From NCBI GenBank assembly GCA_012295275.1, contig CM022666.1, positions 2,914,001 through 2,978,000 on the forward strand: a stretch of DNA of 64,000 nt, given 5' to 3'. The notes under the pieces were generated by a model. The model had not been told where the DNA came from and searched no databases. It saw nothing but the letters and a program-made list of their open reading frames with translations. Positions 11,848 through 25,278 of the stretch are shown one piece after another. Position numbers and translations under genes: made by a program. The stretch's first letter is position 1. The number at the start of each line of letters is the position of its first letter. The stretch comes from Chrysomallon squamiferum (lineage: Eukaryota > Animalia > Mollusca).

Positions 11848-14304
11848 ACTAATACATAACAACAGTAATAACAACAACAATAACAGTAATAATTAATAAA
11901 TAGATAAAAGCAGTAACTTGAACAAAAATAAAATATATTTTATCATTACCTTCAAAAATACATTTAAACATTAGTTATTTTGAAACCACAGATCACAAAG
12001 TTTAAAAAAATAAAAAAAAAAAAATAAAATGTACATTCTAAAGATTTTATTATTTATAATAATCTTATTCATTTATTTTTTAAACATCACACAACAAGAA
12101 GGAAAAAGTCATAAACTATATTAGTAGGATGATACTAAACTCAAATCTCAGTTTTTTCTGAATGGTAATATAATGGAAAAAGAGCAAACAAACTATGTTA
12201 TGTTTACTGAGGTAGAATCAAGACATGATGTATATGTTTTATGTATCAGGTCATCTGTGTATGTATATAATATATACTTCAGTACATACTAAAACCACAT
12301 GAAAAATATTAATAAAATTTTATTACAGTACTTTACATAGCTTTAGCAAAAAACACATTTTTCGATATCATTACAAATACAATTAAACTTTCAAAGAATT
12401 TTTCTTCATTATTATTATTTATAAGACTGTACAAACAAATTTACAGACTTACTGACTTACATTTAGGGACATTAAAAATTTATTTTGATTATTAATAATC
12501 CAGTAATTAAATAATCCTTAGTTATATAATATTTGCTTTCTATTTTTCAAACTGACTTAATGCGGACTCAAAAAAAAATTTCAAAAATATTATTTCACTT
12601 ATTAATAGTAATTATAAAAACTGTCTATAATTTTAAAAAAAAATATATATCACTTAAAAATTTATTTCATATATTAATAATTATCTATTGCCTAAGATTT
12701 TTTTTTTTAAACTGATTTAAACTGATGTCATTTTAATCCTTGCATGGATTAAGTTTTCAAACTGTAGCCGTAAGGTCGTGAGTCAAACTGCACTCAAATC
12801 ACAATTCAATAAATCATTTAACATGTCTGATATCCAAGCATGCCTGTCTTGGACACACAAGCCATGAGCCTCAAATTTATGCCCACTAAACAGATTTTGT
12901 GTTAATAAGCCTGAGCAGTCCAACATCCATGAGTTTGTGTTGTATACATATAAATTAGAGTTTCACACTAACCCTTTCCTAAAAATAAAGTATGGCAGTT
13001 CTGTAATAATCACAGAAATAATATGGCAGACACAATTTTTATTTCTTATTTTTGTATATAAATGATGTTGTAAAATAATAATAATAATAATAATGAGAAG
13101 AAGAAGAAAAAGAAGAAGAAGAAGACACTATTTGATTGCATATTCTCTCACAATATAACCTACACAAACAAAAGTTATTTTAGGGTCTCAAAACATTTAA
13201 ACAGTAAAAAAAAAGTTTTTTTTCAAAAACACTAGACTATCTATATAGCTACTCAATTTATATTAGATAGGAATGTCACTACAATGAGATTACATATCTA
13301 GAAAGCAACATTTCATTTAAGACAGACCTCAAACACATATACATTCATATATACTATGTATAATATATAATTCATTTAGTATAACCTTTATTATTATGTA
13401 TTAACCTGTATTTATTCAGTAGTATTAATGCACATACATACAAAATCAAAAAAAAAAAAAAAAAAAAAAAAAAAATAATAATAATAATAATAATAGTAAT
13501 AATAAATATATACAGGATGGAAAGTAAAATAAAAAATATAAAAAATTAATAAGCACAGTAGAAGGTTTCTTTTCAAACCATTTTTATGTCTTATATTGTT
13601 TCAAAGGCCAGGGATAAAATGACAAATGACAGACATGCATCAAGCAGGTATTAACATTTTAATTTGAATTATTCATTTATTGTTGCTCTGAAATAAATAT
13701 GAGATAACCTGCAGTGGCATTTTCCTCTGAAAACTTCCTGTACATTTTTTATGTTTGTTATTTGTTCTGAGAAAAAGAAATAAAAAACCCACAAAAAACC
13801 CAAAACAACAAAATAACTGACTAACACGTACTAAGCTGGAATTAACATTTTCAGTTTTTCGTCAGTTATTTGATTGATTCGTTCAATCTGATTTAGTGAC
13901 AGACAGACAGACAGAGAGACACGAGCTGAATTTAAGACTTGTTCTGGAAACTCATTACAAAATAAAAATAAATTATTTTTTTTTTTCTGAAAGTTAAAAA
14001 GTCTTAATATATATATTTGTTTAACAAATAAATAATAAAAATTTAGAGGCAGGGAAAAAAACCACACAAAAAATCAAAAAAACAACAACAAGCAATTCAA
14101 AATATAAGCTTGTTTCAGTAATATACAATATCTACCACTGGCAGTTCTTTCAATAACAGCATTTATAATCATATTAATTCCCCATCACATCTAAAGAACT
14201 GCCTATTCTTCTTCACCTCTATCAGCAACTGAGATGTTGTTTAGACAGTATTTGAAATCTATACTTTAAATTCTTATTCTTTCTACTTCTTGTCTTTGAT
14301 TCTG

Positions 14305-14398
<94 letters not shown>

Positions 14399-14880
14399 CC
14401 TCTCCCTCTCCCTCTCCCTCTCCCTCTCCCTCTCCCATCCTTTAAGCTTTCAGAGACTTCTAACATCACTCCAGGAACTGGAACATCTTGGCCAACAAGC
14501 TGGGAAGGAAGGTAGACAGCAGACGGCTTGGCCTACAATCATCAAATTGTGGTTTTCATTCCAGGTAGACATTGGAAATAACTGGCGGCAGAATGCTGGA
14601 ATGTTGGCACGGAGAAAGCTCCTGTAACAATTACCACAGCCCGAGTAATATAATTCAGTGGAAAAAGCTGGCGGATTGCAATGACTACTACAACCTCTTC
14701 TCGCAATAATTTGAAAACATTTATCACATCAACAGTTCACTCGGTAGATTAGAAGATTGGCCTGTTAGTTCAGGAAGCAAGTTTTACGAGGTTGTATTCC
14801 TAATGGTTGTATTCTTTCCTTTTTTTCTTTAAATGATTTTTATTTTTTCAATTGAAGTGATTAAAAAATGAAAAACAAAA

Positions 14881-14913
<33 letters not shown>

Positions 14914-15121
14914 CTAACAAAAAGTCCTATGATGATGTATTAAAAAAAAATTTATAATAAATTTATTGTACATTATATACAGTGTATTATTATGATTATT
15001 TTGTGGTTTTTGTTTTGTTATTGATATTTTTATTATTTTATTGCCAGTGTTTTTATAACTGTTATTGTTATTAATATTATTATTTCTAATCCAAACAGTT
15101 TTTCATTTTAATTATCATTAC

Positions 15122-15158
<37 letters not shown>

Positions 15159-15511
15159 ATTTTATTATCATTATTATTATCACATTTTAGTGGCACAACA
15201 AATATTTTCATTTAATATTTTATCCACATTATCAGACAGAAAAAGATTTTAAATTTTAATTTTTATTATTTTTCTTTTTCTTTTTTCCCATTTTTTTTTA
15301 AAACAGATTTTCAACAAAAGAGCATAACATTTAAGAAAATATGTTTAAAAATTTAAATCACTGATAACCCAATCCCCAAAAGCATAGACAGACAGACAGG
15401 CAGACAGACAGACAGACTGACATTTCTGAATGTCTTTAGCATGATGTATTTAAGTATGTGACTCACTTCTGAATGTCGCTGATGAGTCACCTAATAACCT
15501 GGGTACCTGGA

Positions 15512-15575
15512 ATAGTAACACATAATACAGTACATTATGTAGTAACGCATAATACAGTACATTACGTAGTAATGT
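15512..15575 (+). repeat. 27-bp tandem repeat, about 2.3 copies
   Basis: tagtaacacataatacagtacattatg followed by tagtaacgcataatacagtacattacg. Confidence 0.85.
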
Positions 15576-16739
15576 GCTATATGGTGCCTGATTCAGTGCA
15601 AATGTCTTGTTTAGAATGACAAGCTGTGCCTCGTTTAGTGTTAGAAGGTGCAAAATTCTTATTCTTGAGAACAAATTCATAACGTTTTTTTGTTTTTCAT
15701 TATTATTATTTTTATTTGGTTTGTTAGTATTACTCTGATCCAAAGTCTGTTCCTTTTAATTAAAAAAAAATAATAGTTACTAAATAAAGAAAGAAAAAAA
15801 AAGAAAGAAAGAAAGAAAGATAGGAAAGAAAAGAAAAGAACTGAAAAAGACATAATCAAAAAAAACACCCAAAACAACAATAGAGAATTAATACATAGAT
15901 CTTTTTTTTCACTCTTAAATGAAAGCTACATATATCTACATCATAGATTCATACATACATACATACATACATACATACATACATACATACATACTTACAT
16001 ACATACATACTCACACACACAATATTAGTTATCCCCAGTACCATTAGAAAACTTCAAATACACATCATATCATTTCTCTTTCCTTGATGTACACCATTTA
16101 ATACCATTATCCGACACGACACATACATCATACATACAGGCATCGTACACTTTTCTCTTCAGGCCTTAAATCAAAATTAGTGGTGATGATTTAAATGGTC
16201 AAAGTTCTGTGTAGCTGTGATATCTCATCGTTGGTCTTTTCTGCCAGATATATAAAACAGATCCTGGTCTGCATGGTTAATATCTCGACAGTATGTTGCA
16301 ATACAGATATGCATTAATTTCAGTCTTTTTTTTTTCACTGCTATCTCAAATTAAATCTGGTGTAATGACATATGTCTGTGAGTCCTCAGTCTAGACTTAA
16401 ATGTATTTTTTTTTTTTTTTTTTATTATTATTATGAGAGAAGAAAAAGGTCTGGGTGTGTGTTGAGAAAAAATTAATTACCAAGATATGTGGAGTATGCT
16501 TAATTTTTGGTTATTTCTTAAAGTTAAATTTGTTTCGCTAATGTAGATGCTTGTTACGTTAATGTTATGTTCTTGTTAGTATTATTCCTGTTAATTAAAA
16601 CTGATTTCAGTTCTGTTTTTATTTTCTGTCTCAACTGAAGTACATACTCTCTACAGTATTAAAGTAGTCACAGTTCAGGGAGACAGCAACAAGGTTTGTT
16701 CTTGGCAGTGGACATACCAAAGGCAGCATCTCTTTCATA

Positions 16740-16950
16740 GTAGATCACATTATTGAAAATATATCAAATTACTGTCTAACAGAGATGTCTGACCCCTCGC
16801 ATCTAAGTCAAATCCACTACCAAAGTCACAGCTGATCATATAATCAAAAAGATATCAAAATTTTTGGACCAGAAGAATCACCTGTGAGATTTAAACTCAA
16901 GACCCATCATGCCCTGAGCGATTTCTCACAGCCGAAAACACAGCTATAAA
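16740..16950 (-). mobile_element. Two decayed SINE 5' (tRNA-like) head fragments
   Basis: gacccctcgcatctaag...ccactacc and gagatttaaactcaagacccatcatgccctgagcg resemble the reverse complement of the SINE head. Confidence 0.35.
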
Positions 16951-17733
16951 AATAGTACAAAATACTGTCAATTTAGTCAGTACAGATTACAAATCCAGTC
17001 TGAATTACCCGTAATACTGCTGTTTAAAGACTTCTGTACTCTTAGTGGCCCGGTGGGATTAGAAAACAATTTTATAATCTTAAGATAAGCTTCCAGTCTG
17101 GACTTGGTAATGTAAACCTTGAACAGAGAGACACTGAATTCCTCTGGAACGAAGTATGGAAATTAACAGAACAATTGTCATTAATGGTGTCTCGCATGTT
17201 TTATTTAACGATTAAATATTAAACTGTTTAAAAAAAATCAAATATAAAGCTCTGTGACAAAGAAAGAAAGAATATTAAAAAGAAAAGAAGACTGCATATT
17301 TTATTTAAATATTAAATATTAAACAGTAATTTTATATATAAAAATAAATATAATGTACTGCAACAAAAACAGAATACAAAAAAAAAAGGGGGGGAAAAAA
17401 AATAATGAAAATCAAAATCTTTGTATTTATTTGTGTCTTGTAGATATTAAAGATATAAAATTCTTAATTTACTGTTTTAAAAAAATATACGGCATTAAAT
17501 TTAAAAACAAAAGGAAAAACTGACAGAGAGTGACTGAGAGTGAAAGAAAAAGGGAGAAAGAGAGAATCAAAAATAGAATATTCAACTTTTCAAAGCTAAT
17601 TTTACAGACTGAAAACAAAAAAGCCAAAAAAAACCAATCAGAAGACGATTAACTATTTATATCTCATGGTCAACTCCAACCATTATTTAACTTTATGATA
17701 TCAAAAATGTAATTTTGTTCTTTTTCAAAGGGT

Positions 17734-17768
<35 letters not shown>

Positions 17769-18284
17769 AAAAGACACTAGTGTCAGCAACAATCGATTTT
17801 CATCTGTCAACTTATTTTACAAATGTAGCTTTGTGTAACAAATAAAAATAATATATGGCCACATTCGTTAACTATTATAAAAGAAGGGATTACTTTTACG
17901 TCAAATTAAAACGACATCATTACTGTGTTTGAAACGTAAGCTGCGAAGCACTCCACTGGAAAGGAATAATTATGGATCTACCCAAAACAGGCATCCGAAA
18001 TGCGATCTCCTTTGTTTTTTACTGTGCCATTAAACATTCATTTAGTCAGTGCAGGAGATGCTATCAATTCTGCATCACAGGTGATCTTTTGAAAGGACTG
18101 CCTCGCTATCGAACAATCACTTTCATTGTCACTGGTTATGCCTCAGGTCATTATTTGTATGTGTCATCAGCAGCTTCAATCACAGGTTCAGAATGATTAA
18201 CAAATCACTGAAGTTTACCTTGCCCTGGATGATCAGCAACTCTTGTAAATCATCATTCTTTTCAGGGTTTTTTTCTTTGCAAAC

Positions 18285-18835
18285 AACCATCTGTACAAAT
18301 TAGTATGACTCAAATGATCACCTTCTGTGTAAGACAATATGACTCCAATTATCACCTTCTGCACAAAATGATGTGTCTCAAATGATACACAAATTTTGCT
18401 TGACTCAAGTTATCACCTTCGGAAACAAATTTACGAGTCAAATGACCACGTTTATAAACCTCTATGCCATGCATGATGACATTTTCAAATCATTACGGCT
18501 CAAATGATTATCATCTAAACTGATCACTATGCCTCTTGCTACCATCATCAATACAAGTCACAATGCCTCAAATAATCTTTTTATTATTATTATTATTTTT
18601 TTTTTTTTGTAATAAATAATAACACATCAAGTGATACAATCTGTATTGATGAAAAAAAAATGTCTAAAAATTCATTTCATTACAAATGATCACTTTTGTA
18701 ACGTTCTGTAATGTCTCAAGTGGTTACTCAGGAAAAACCAGTGTAACTCATTATGCCTCGTCTGTCATCAGCTAAACCTAGTTTAATTCATCATACTTCC
18801 AATTGATCTCTGTTCAGATGTGTTATGCCTCAAAA
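18285..18835 (+). repeat. Degenerate minisatellite of about 35 bp (tgactcaaatgatcaccttctg...)
   Basis: Recurring (g/t)(a/c)ctcaaatga(t/c)(c/t)a motif about every 30-37 bp, decaying towards the 3' end. Confidence 0.7.
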
Positions 18836-19248
18836 CAACTTGTTTTATTAAAGAAAAAGAAATTTTTTAAAATAGGAATGACCACACGTACATGTATGTG
18901 TGACTTCAGACTTCGTTTGAATCAAGAGGTGACACATGGATGAATAATGCAACGATGAATAATCTCAGTGTTGAAAAAAAGAATAAAGAAAAACCTTTCA
19001 AAAAGAAGACATGAAAGAGAAAGAAAGAAAGAACGAATGAGTGAAATAAAGAAAGGAAAGAAAGCAAAGATTTAGAAGAAAAAATACGAATGAATGAAAT
19101 GAAAGGCTACACATGAATAAAAGATTAAGGATAAATGAAAGAAGATGAAAGAATGAAAGAAAAAACAGGCAATGAAAGAATTTTAAAAATAAAGAAAAAT
19201 CAAAATAATACTATTAAAACAAAACCAATCATATATTTTAAAAAACAG

Positions 19249-19298
<50 letters not shown>

Positions 19299-19636
19299 CA
19301 TAAAAGAAAAATTAAAGAAATGCCAAAAGCCAGACTGCCCTGCATGCATGCATATGATATCGTGTTATTAAACAAGACAGGCTCTCAGACTTTGGCAGCA
19401 GATTCATTGGAAACCAATGGCGAAACAACAAAGGATGGAAGAAAGCATCCCAGACCCACTCGCCGGTCAATGCCTTTCGGGAGTTGAGATCAGCCAACTG
19501 TTGTGCGCAAACCGGTAATTTGTATTTTTGACAAAAGGATCAATAACTAAAGCTTGCCATTACCAGTCTAGACATAGCAAATTAATGAACCCGCAAAGAT
19601 GGATGTGCTGTTTCCATTGAAATTGTAATTCAGATG

Positions 19637-19671
<35 letters not shown>

Positions 19672-20714
19672 GGAGAACAAGGCATGTATGTATACGTGGT
19701 TACTAGGTCCGAGGTTTCGCGTTGTTGCTTGGTCATAAATTATACGAATTAACTTGTGATTTCTTCATCTCGGATCAATGCACCAATCCGGTGTAATGTA
19801 ATGAAGAAGACGACGCAAATAGCAGTCAGTGTTATTAACTTCGGCGATTATTGTTTTGTACCAACGCATATGGAAAGATGATACAGAAAGGCAACGAGAA
19901 AGTGAATTACAGAAAAAACAAAGAGAAATATGAAAAAAAGAAGAAGATATATATATTAAAAAGAGAGATACGGAAAATGAGAAAGAAAAAAAGAAAAGAA
20001 GAGAATATAGTATGAGAGAAAAAGAGGGAGATAAAGAAGTGCTAGAAATTTAAAACATAATATATGTATATAATATATAAATTTTGAGAGATCGCAATAC
20101 ATAATATCAATCTACGTTTAATGCATAAATTTAGAGAGAACAAAATGTATCATATCAAACTGTTTAATATATAAATTAAAGTCTACTGGAAGAAAGAAAG
20201 TATTTATCAATATTTATGTATTTTGTAACCCTATATGAATATGTAAATTTATGCACATACACACAGACAAAAAGACACAATTTAATCAAAACGGCAGATT
20301 GTAATACAAATGCATTTTAATCAAAGTCGAGATATTTATTTTCAGTTTGAAATAACGTTACAGTGGAATTGATTTTTATGTAACTGCATAAGTTTTATAG
20401 TTTAAAACATTTTAAAAAAAAAATTAAAAAAATACATAGATGTTTTTCTTCTGTGTGAATTAATTTAAAATGCCAACAAAATTATACTGTTTTTTTTTCT
20501 ACCTTGGAAATAATGACTAGTGTATGAACAATTCGGATCTCTTTCCTTTTTTTTTTTTCTATCGCACCTCTTTTTTTTTTAAATATATATTTACTTATGT
20601 GTATATGTGTCTAGTCATTTTCCCATGCTATTTTTTTTTTGTTGAAAGAATTGAAGTGAGGTACAAGCAAGCTCTCGTGGGAACATGTTAACTCTGTATG
20701 TAGAGTACAAAAAG

Positions 20715-20962
20715 AGTGAGACTATTAAACTGTCTGACACATGAGACAATGGGTTCAATTCTTGCCATGGACTAAGATAATTGTTATGATTGTAATGTTG
20801 TCTAATATGACTGGTAGGCACTTGGTTCAATTCTTGCTGTTCGCTAAGCAGTTGTTATTGTCTAGTGTGACTTGCAGACGCTGAGTTCATTTCATGCTAT
20901 CAGCTACCGGGAAATTAGTGTGGTTGTAAAACTGTCTGATGTGACTGGTAGACACTGGGTCA
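20715..20962 (+). repeat. About four tandem 60-73 bp units with a B-box-like GGTTCAATTC (tRNA- or SINE-head-derived)
   Basis: ggttcaattcttgc at 20752 and 20824, agttcatttcatgc at 20884, truncated gggtc at 20957; each is preceded by a variant of tgtctratgtgactggtagrcact. Confidence 0.65.
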
Positions 20963-20967
20963 GGGAA

Positions 20968-21038
20968 ACCTCTCTCTCTTTCTCCCTCTCCCTCTCTCTT
21001 TTTCTCCCTCCCTCCCTCTCTTTCTCTCCTTCTCTCTC

Positions 21039-21126
<88 letters not shown>

Positions 21127-21482
21127 CCTCCCTCCCTCCCTCTCTTTTTCTCCTTCTTTTTCTCTCTCCCTCTCTCTCTCTCTCTTTCTCCTTCTCTCTC
21201 TCACCTCTCTTTCATTCTCTCCCAATCTTTCTCTCTCTCAATCTCCATCTTTCTTATTGTCATTCTCTCTCTCCCACCTCTCTTTCATTCTCTCTCAATC
21301 TCCATCTTTCTTATTGTCATTTTCTCTCTCTCTCTCTTTCAGTCTCTCTCTCTTGATCTCTTTCTCAATCTCCTTCTTTCTCTCTCATTCTCTCAGTCTC
21401 TGCCTCTTTGTCTATCTCTCCATCTTTTCTCCTCTCTTGTTTTCTCTCTCATTTCTTTTTCTTTTCTTTCTTTTCTTCTCTA
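20968..21482 (+). repeat. Polypyrimidine (CT-rich) tract of about 500 bp with an internal duplication of about 58 bp
   Basis: Almost purine-free on the + strand; ctcaatctccatctttcttattgtcatt occurs twice. Confidence 0.9.
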
Positions 21483-21494
21483 AGACTTTTTTTT

Positions 21495-21625
21495 TTCCAT
21501 TTATAGGAATTGTGCAGCACTAGCTAGAATGTGAAAAAGTTCAACATGCACAGTGCGCAAGACTGATCCTACGAGACATTTAACTCTTCGGTTGATTGTT
21601 CCACTACTAAACTACAACCTGGCAA
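21495..21625 (-). mobile_element. SINE 5' half (head plus start of core)
   Basis: ttgtgcagcactagctagaatg...gactgatcctacgagac...ccactactaaactaca is roughly reverse-complement collinear with 5365-5470. Confidence 0.55.
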
Positions 21626-22831
21626 TACCAGGAGTTGATCCCAGATACCCAGCAATCAAATCACACAGCCAGGCCATAACAACAATGAATTCATGACAAT
21701 GTATCTTTGGTGATACAAATAACAGTCTAGGTATTTTTTTTTTTATTGTCACATTCTATTAACGAGTGCAGACAGGTTACCCAAAACTATTAAAACAATG
21801 ACAGTGAAATTGAAAGAATCTTGGTAGTTATTTTTTAATTATTATTGTTATTTGTTTTTAAGTACAGCTGTAAGGTTTTGGTTAAAGTTCATTGTCTAGA
21901 AAGAGAATAAAGTTCAGAATAGAATGCCAGACAGATTTCAAATCAATCACAGAACATTAGCTCATGTCTGGGACAAAGAGAATATTTGAACTGGTAATTA
22001 AAAATTTATAACACGTTTTGAAGAGAAGATTTTCAGTGTGTCTGTTTAGATGAGTAAGAAAGTTGAAAAGGATTACAGTCACATCAGTGAAATAGTAAAA
22101 AATAGTGAATACATTTATTTGTCTATCATAATCATCTGATCCTAGTTAAAAAAAATATATATTAAAAAAAATAAAAAAAATAAAAATAAAAATTAAAAAA
22201 ATAATAATAATAATCTTAATAATAATAATAAACATTTTAAAAATTAAAACATTAAATAAAATAAAAATTGATAAAATAATAAATGTTTATCAATTAAAAT
22301 TACTATAAACAAAACAAAACAAAAAACAACAAAAAAAAAATCTGAAATCCTACAAAAAATAAATAAATAATCGTCAATCATCACCCCTTTCTCCCTCCCT
22401 CGGCATCAAAAAAACAACAACAACAACAACAAACCTTCAACAACAATCCTTTCACAACATACCCATTTCAACAACTACTACAGCTCCATTTACGACCTTA
22501 TCAACTAGCGAGCTGAACAAACACAAAAACAATAAATACACAGTCACTTATATACTTACGGTATCACACACACTATCAGTATCTATCTCTGGTATACACT
22601 CATCTCAAACAGGTATCATGTGTTAATTTACAACACAAGTATGGGTGATAGCACCCAGCTCATATTAAGATAACACAGTCAGTGTTTATATAAAACCACT
22701 GACCTTTTCTTGCTATACAAGATACATCAATTTTTTTTTTTTCTTTTCTTTCTTTCAATCTTTCTTTCTTCTTATATGTTGGGTAGGTTGAAGAAGTAAG
22801 TGTATGGTTGAAATGATTCATTGTGTTTGTC

Positions 22832-22866
<35 letters not shown>

Positions 22867-22912
22867 GCATATTAATTTATTTGTGGATGTGAGCATCTGG
22901 TATATGAGACAG

Positions 22913-22951
<39 letters not shown>

Positions 22952-23688
22952 TGTCTGTCTATGAATGTGTTTTGTTAAGAATAGATGTCTTATTAGAAAT
23001 ATGGGATATTTACACTTTTTTTTTTATACATGAAAATGATGTGTGTATGTATGTATATATGTGTGTTTATGTATATATATATGTGTGTATGCATGTGTGT
23101 ATATATGTATATATGTATGATGTGTCTATGTGTGTATGTGTGTGTATAGGTATGTATGAATATAATGCATGTGTGTGTGTGTTATATACATACATGTACA
23201 GCACAGAATACCTTAAACCTTATCACTATTAACATCAATTAACTGATATTCATGTTAAAAATCACAAACACACACCTACACCCAAGGCTAAGAAATGTGC
23301 GAGTGAAATACTAAACTCGGCCACAAACACAGATATTAAGTGCACTTTGCTGTGTATATCATATTTAACAACCACCATCTTTTATTGTCTCAGGTATGTA
23401 ATAATGAGAAAGGTAATGTACAGAGGTAAAAACTCGGGTAATGGAAACACTGGTAATTATTGACATTTTTTCTGCAAATAGAGATAATGCCGTGCCATTT
23501 AATTTGAGTTAAATGATTCAAAATAGGTGAATAGGTGAATATTTTATATTTATACTATATTGTATTAATTTATTTATTTATTTATTTATTTTTTAGAAAG
23601 AAAGTTTAAAATTTATTTTTTTACTTGATTTATCTGCATTTTATTTAAAGATATTCCTAGAGGTAAACAGGTCTATTACTCTTTTTTA

Positions 23689-23719
<31 letters not shown>

Positions 23720-23989
23720 ATACTGATGCAATGCTGTGATGCATTAATGTCTGGGGGAAATTGTTGATTATTTTTGTTTATTTATTTATGTGTATGTATG
23801 TATGTGTATATATGTCTATGTGTATATGAGTATGTGTGTGTGTGTGTTTGTGTGTATATATATTTATATATATATGTATGTATATATGTGTGTATGTGTA
23901 TGTCTATATGAGTATGTGTGTGTGTAGGATATATTTATGTATGTATATATGTATGAATGTATGTATGCATGTATGTGTGTATGTGTGTG

Positions 23990-24022
<33 letters not shown>

Positions 24023-24379
24023 GTGTGTGTGTGTATCTATGAATGCATATGTGTGTGTAATATCTATGTATATGTGTATGCATGAACATATTTTAAAACT
24101 ATATACTATCATTTACAAAGCTACTAATTCATTCATTCATTCAAAATTCAGAAGCTAAATTCTTAACTTATACAACATTTCCATCAAATTAACAGTTGAA
24201 GTAAGAGATGAAAGTTAGTGAGGACAGTTCTTATACAAACAAGAACAGTTTTAATTACAAAAAATGTCTCTGTTGATGCTTGTACAAGAATGAAATGACT
24301 TTGTGTCTAAATTCAGAAAGTGATAAAATACTGGGTGACTGGAATATCAAACAGGTACTTCTCAGAGTTGAAGCTACAT

Positions 24380-24515
24380 TCCTTAATTAGGAATTAAAGT
24401 TAGGAATTTGTTAATTAGGAGTTTAAAAACTGCATTCATTAATTCAGAGTTAAAAGTAGATTCATTAATTGAGAATTAAAATTAAGATTCTGAATTAATG
24501 AATCTAGTTTTAACT
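24380..24515. repeat. Tandem units of about 29 bp ending in an inverted copy (29-bp arms, 10-nt loop)
   Basis: 24448-24476 agttaaaagtagattcattaattgagaat vs the reverse complement of 24487-24515, agttaaaactagattcattaattcagaat (2 mismatches). Confidence 0.85.
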
Positions 24516-24517
24516 TA

Positions 24518-24568
<51 letters not shown>

Positions 24569-25177
24569 CCAAATAAATAGGAAGCAAAATATACTACTTA
24601 TAATTTAAAAAGAAAATATTCTTTAAAATATAAAAATAAAATTTATCAAGGCATGTATTATTAAAACAAAATAAAAAGAAAAAAGAAAAACTAAACATTT
24701 TAAAATGGAAATTGTTTTTTAAAGGGAATCTCTCTTTAACTTTCAGTTAAACTAAATTTTGTCATCGCAGCAGTTTCTTTCAAAACCAAAGTAATCTTTA
24801 ACGACAAATAAGAAACCTGTCAAAATGGATCTTTATTTAAAGAGAATCACTCACCAAAAAGAAGGCTAAACCATCACAACGTGCTTGTAATTCAAAGAGA
24901 ATCATTCATCAAAAGCTTAATTAATCTGTACTGAGTTGAAAGTCAATTAAAAAGTACAAAGCTTGGGGGCAAAACAAGACTAAATGCTGTTTTAAATGTA
25001 ATTATTTCTAGTAATTTATTAAATGAATATTAATATGAAAAAAACATGTGTGTGTGTGTGTGTACAAATGTAAGAAAATCAGGCATATCAGTATTATTTA
25101 AGCTTGAAGAAAAAAGTCAATTTATTAAAAATATATATTGACTGCAATACTAAAAAGCTCATAAGAAAATGAATAAA

Positions 25178-25278
<101 letters not shown>

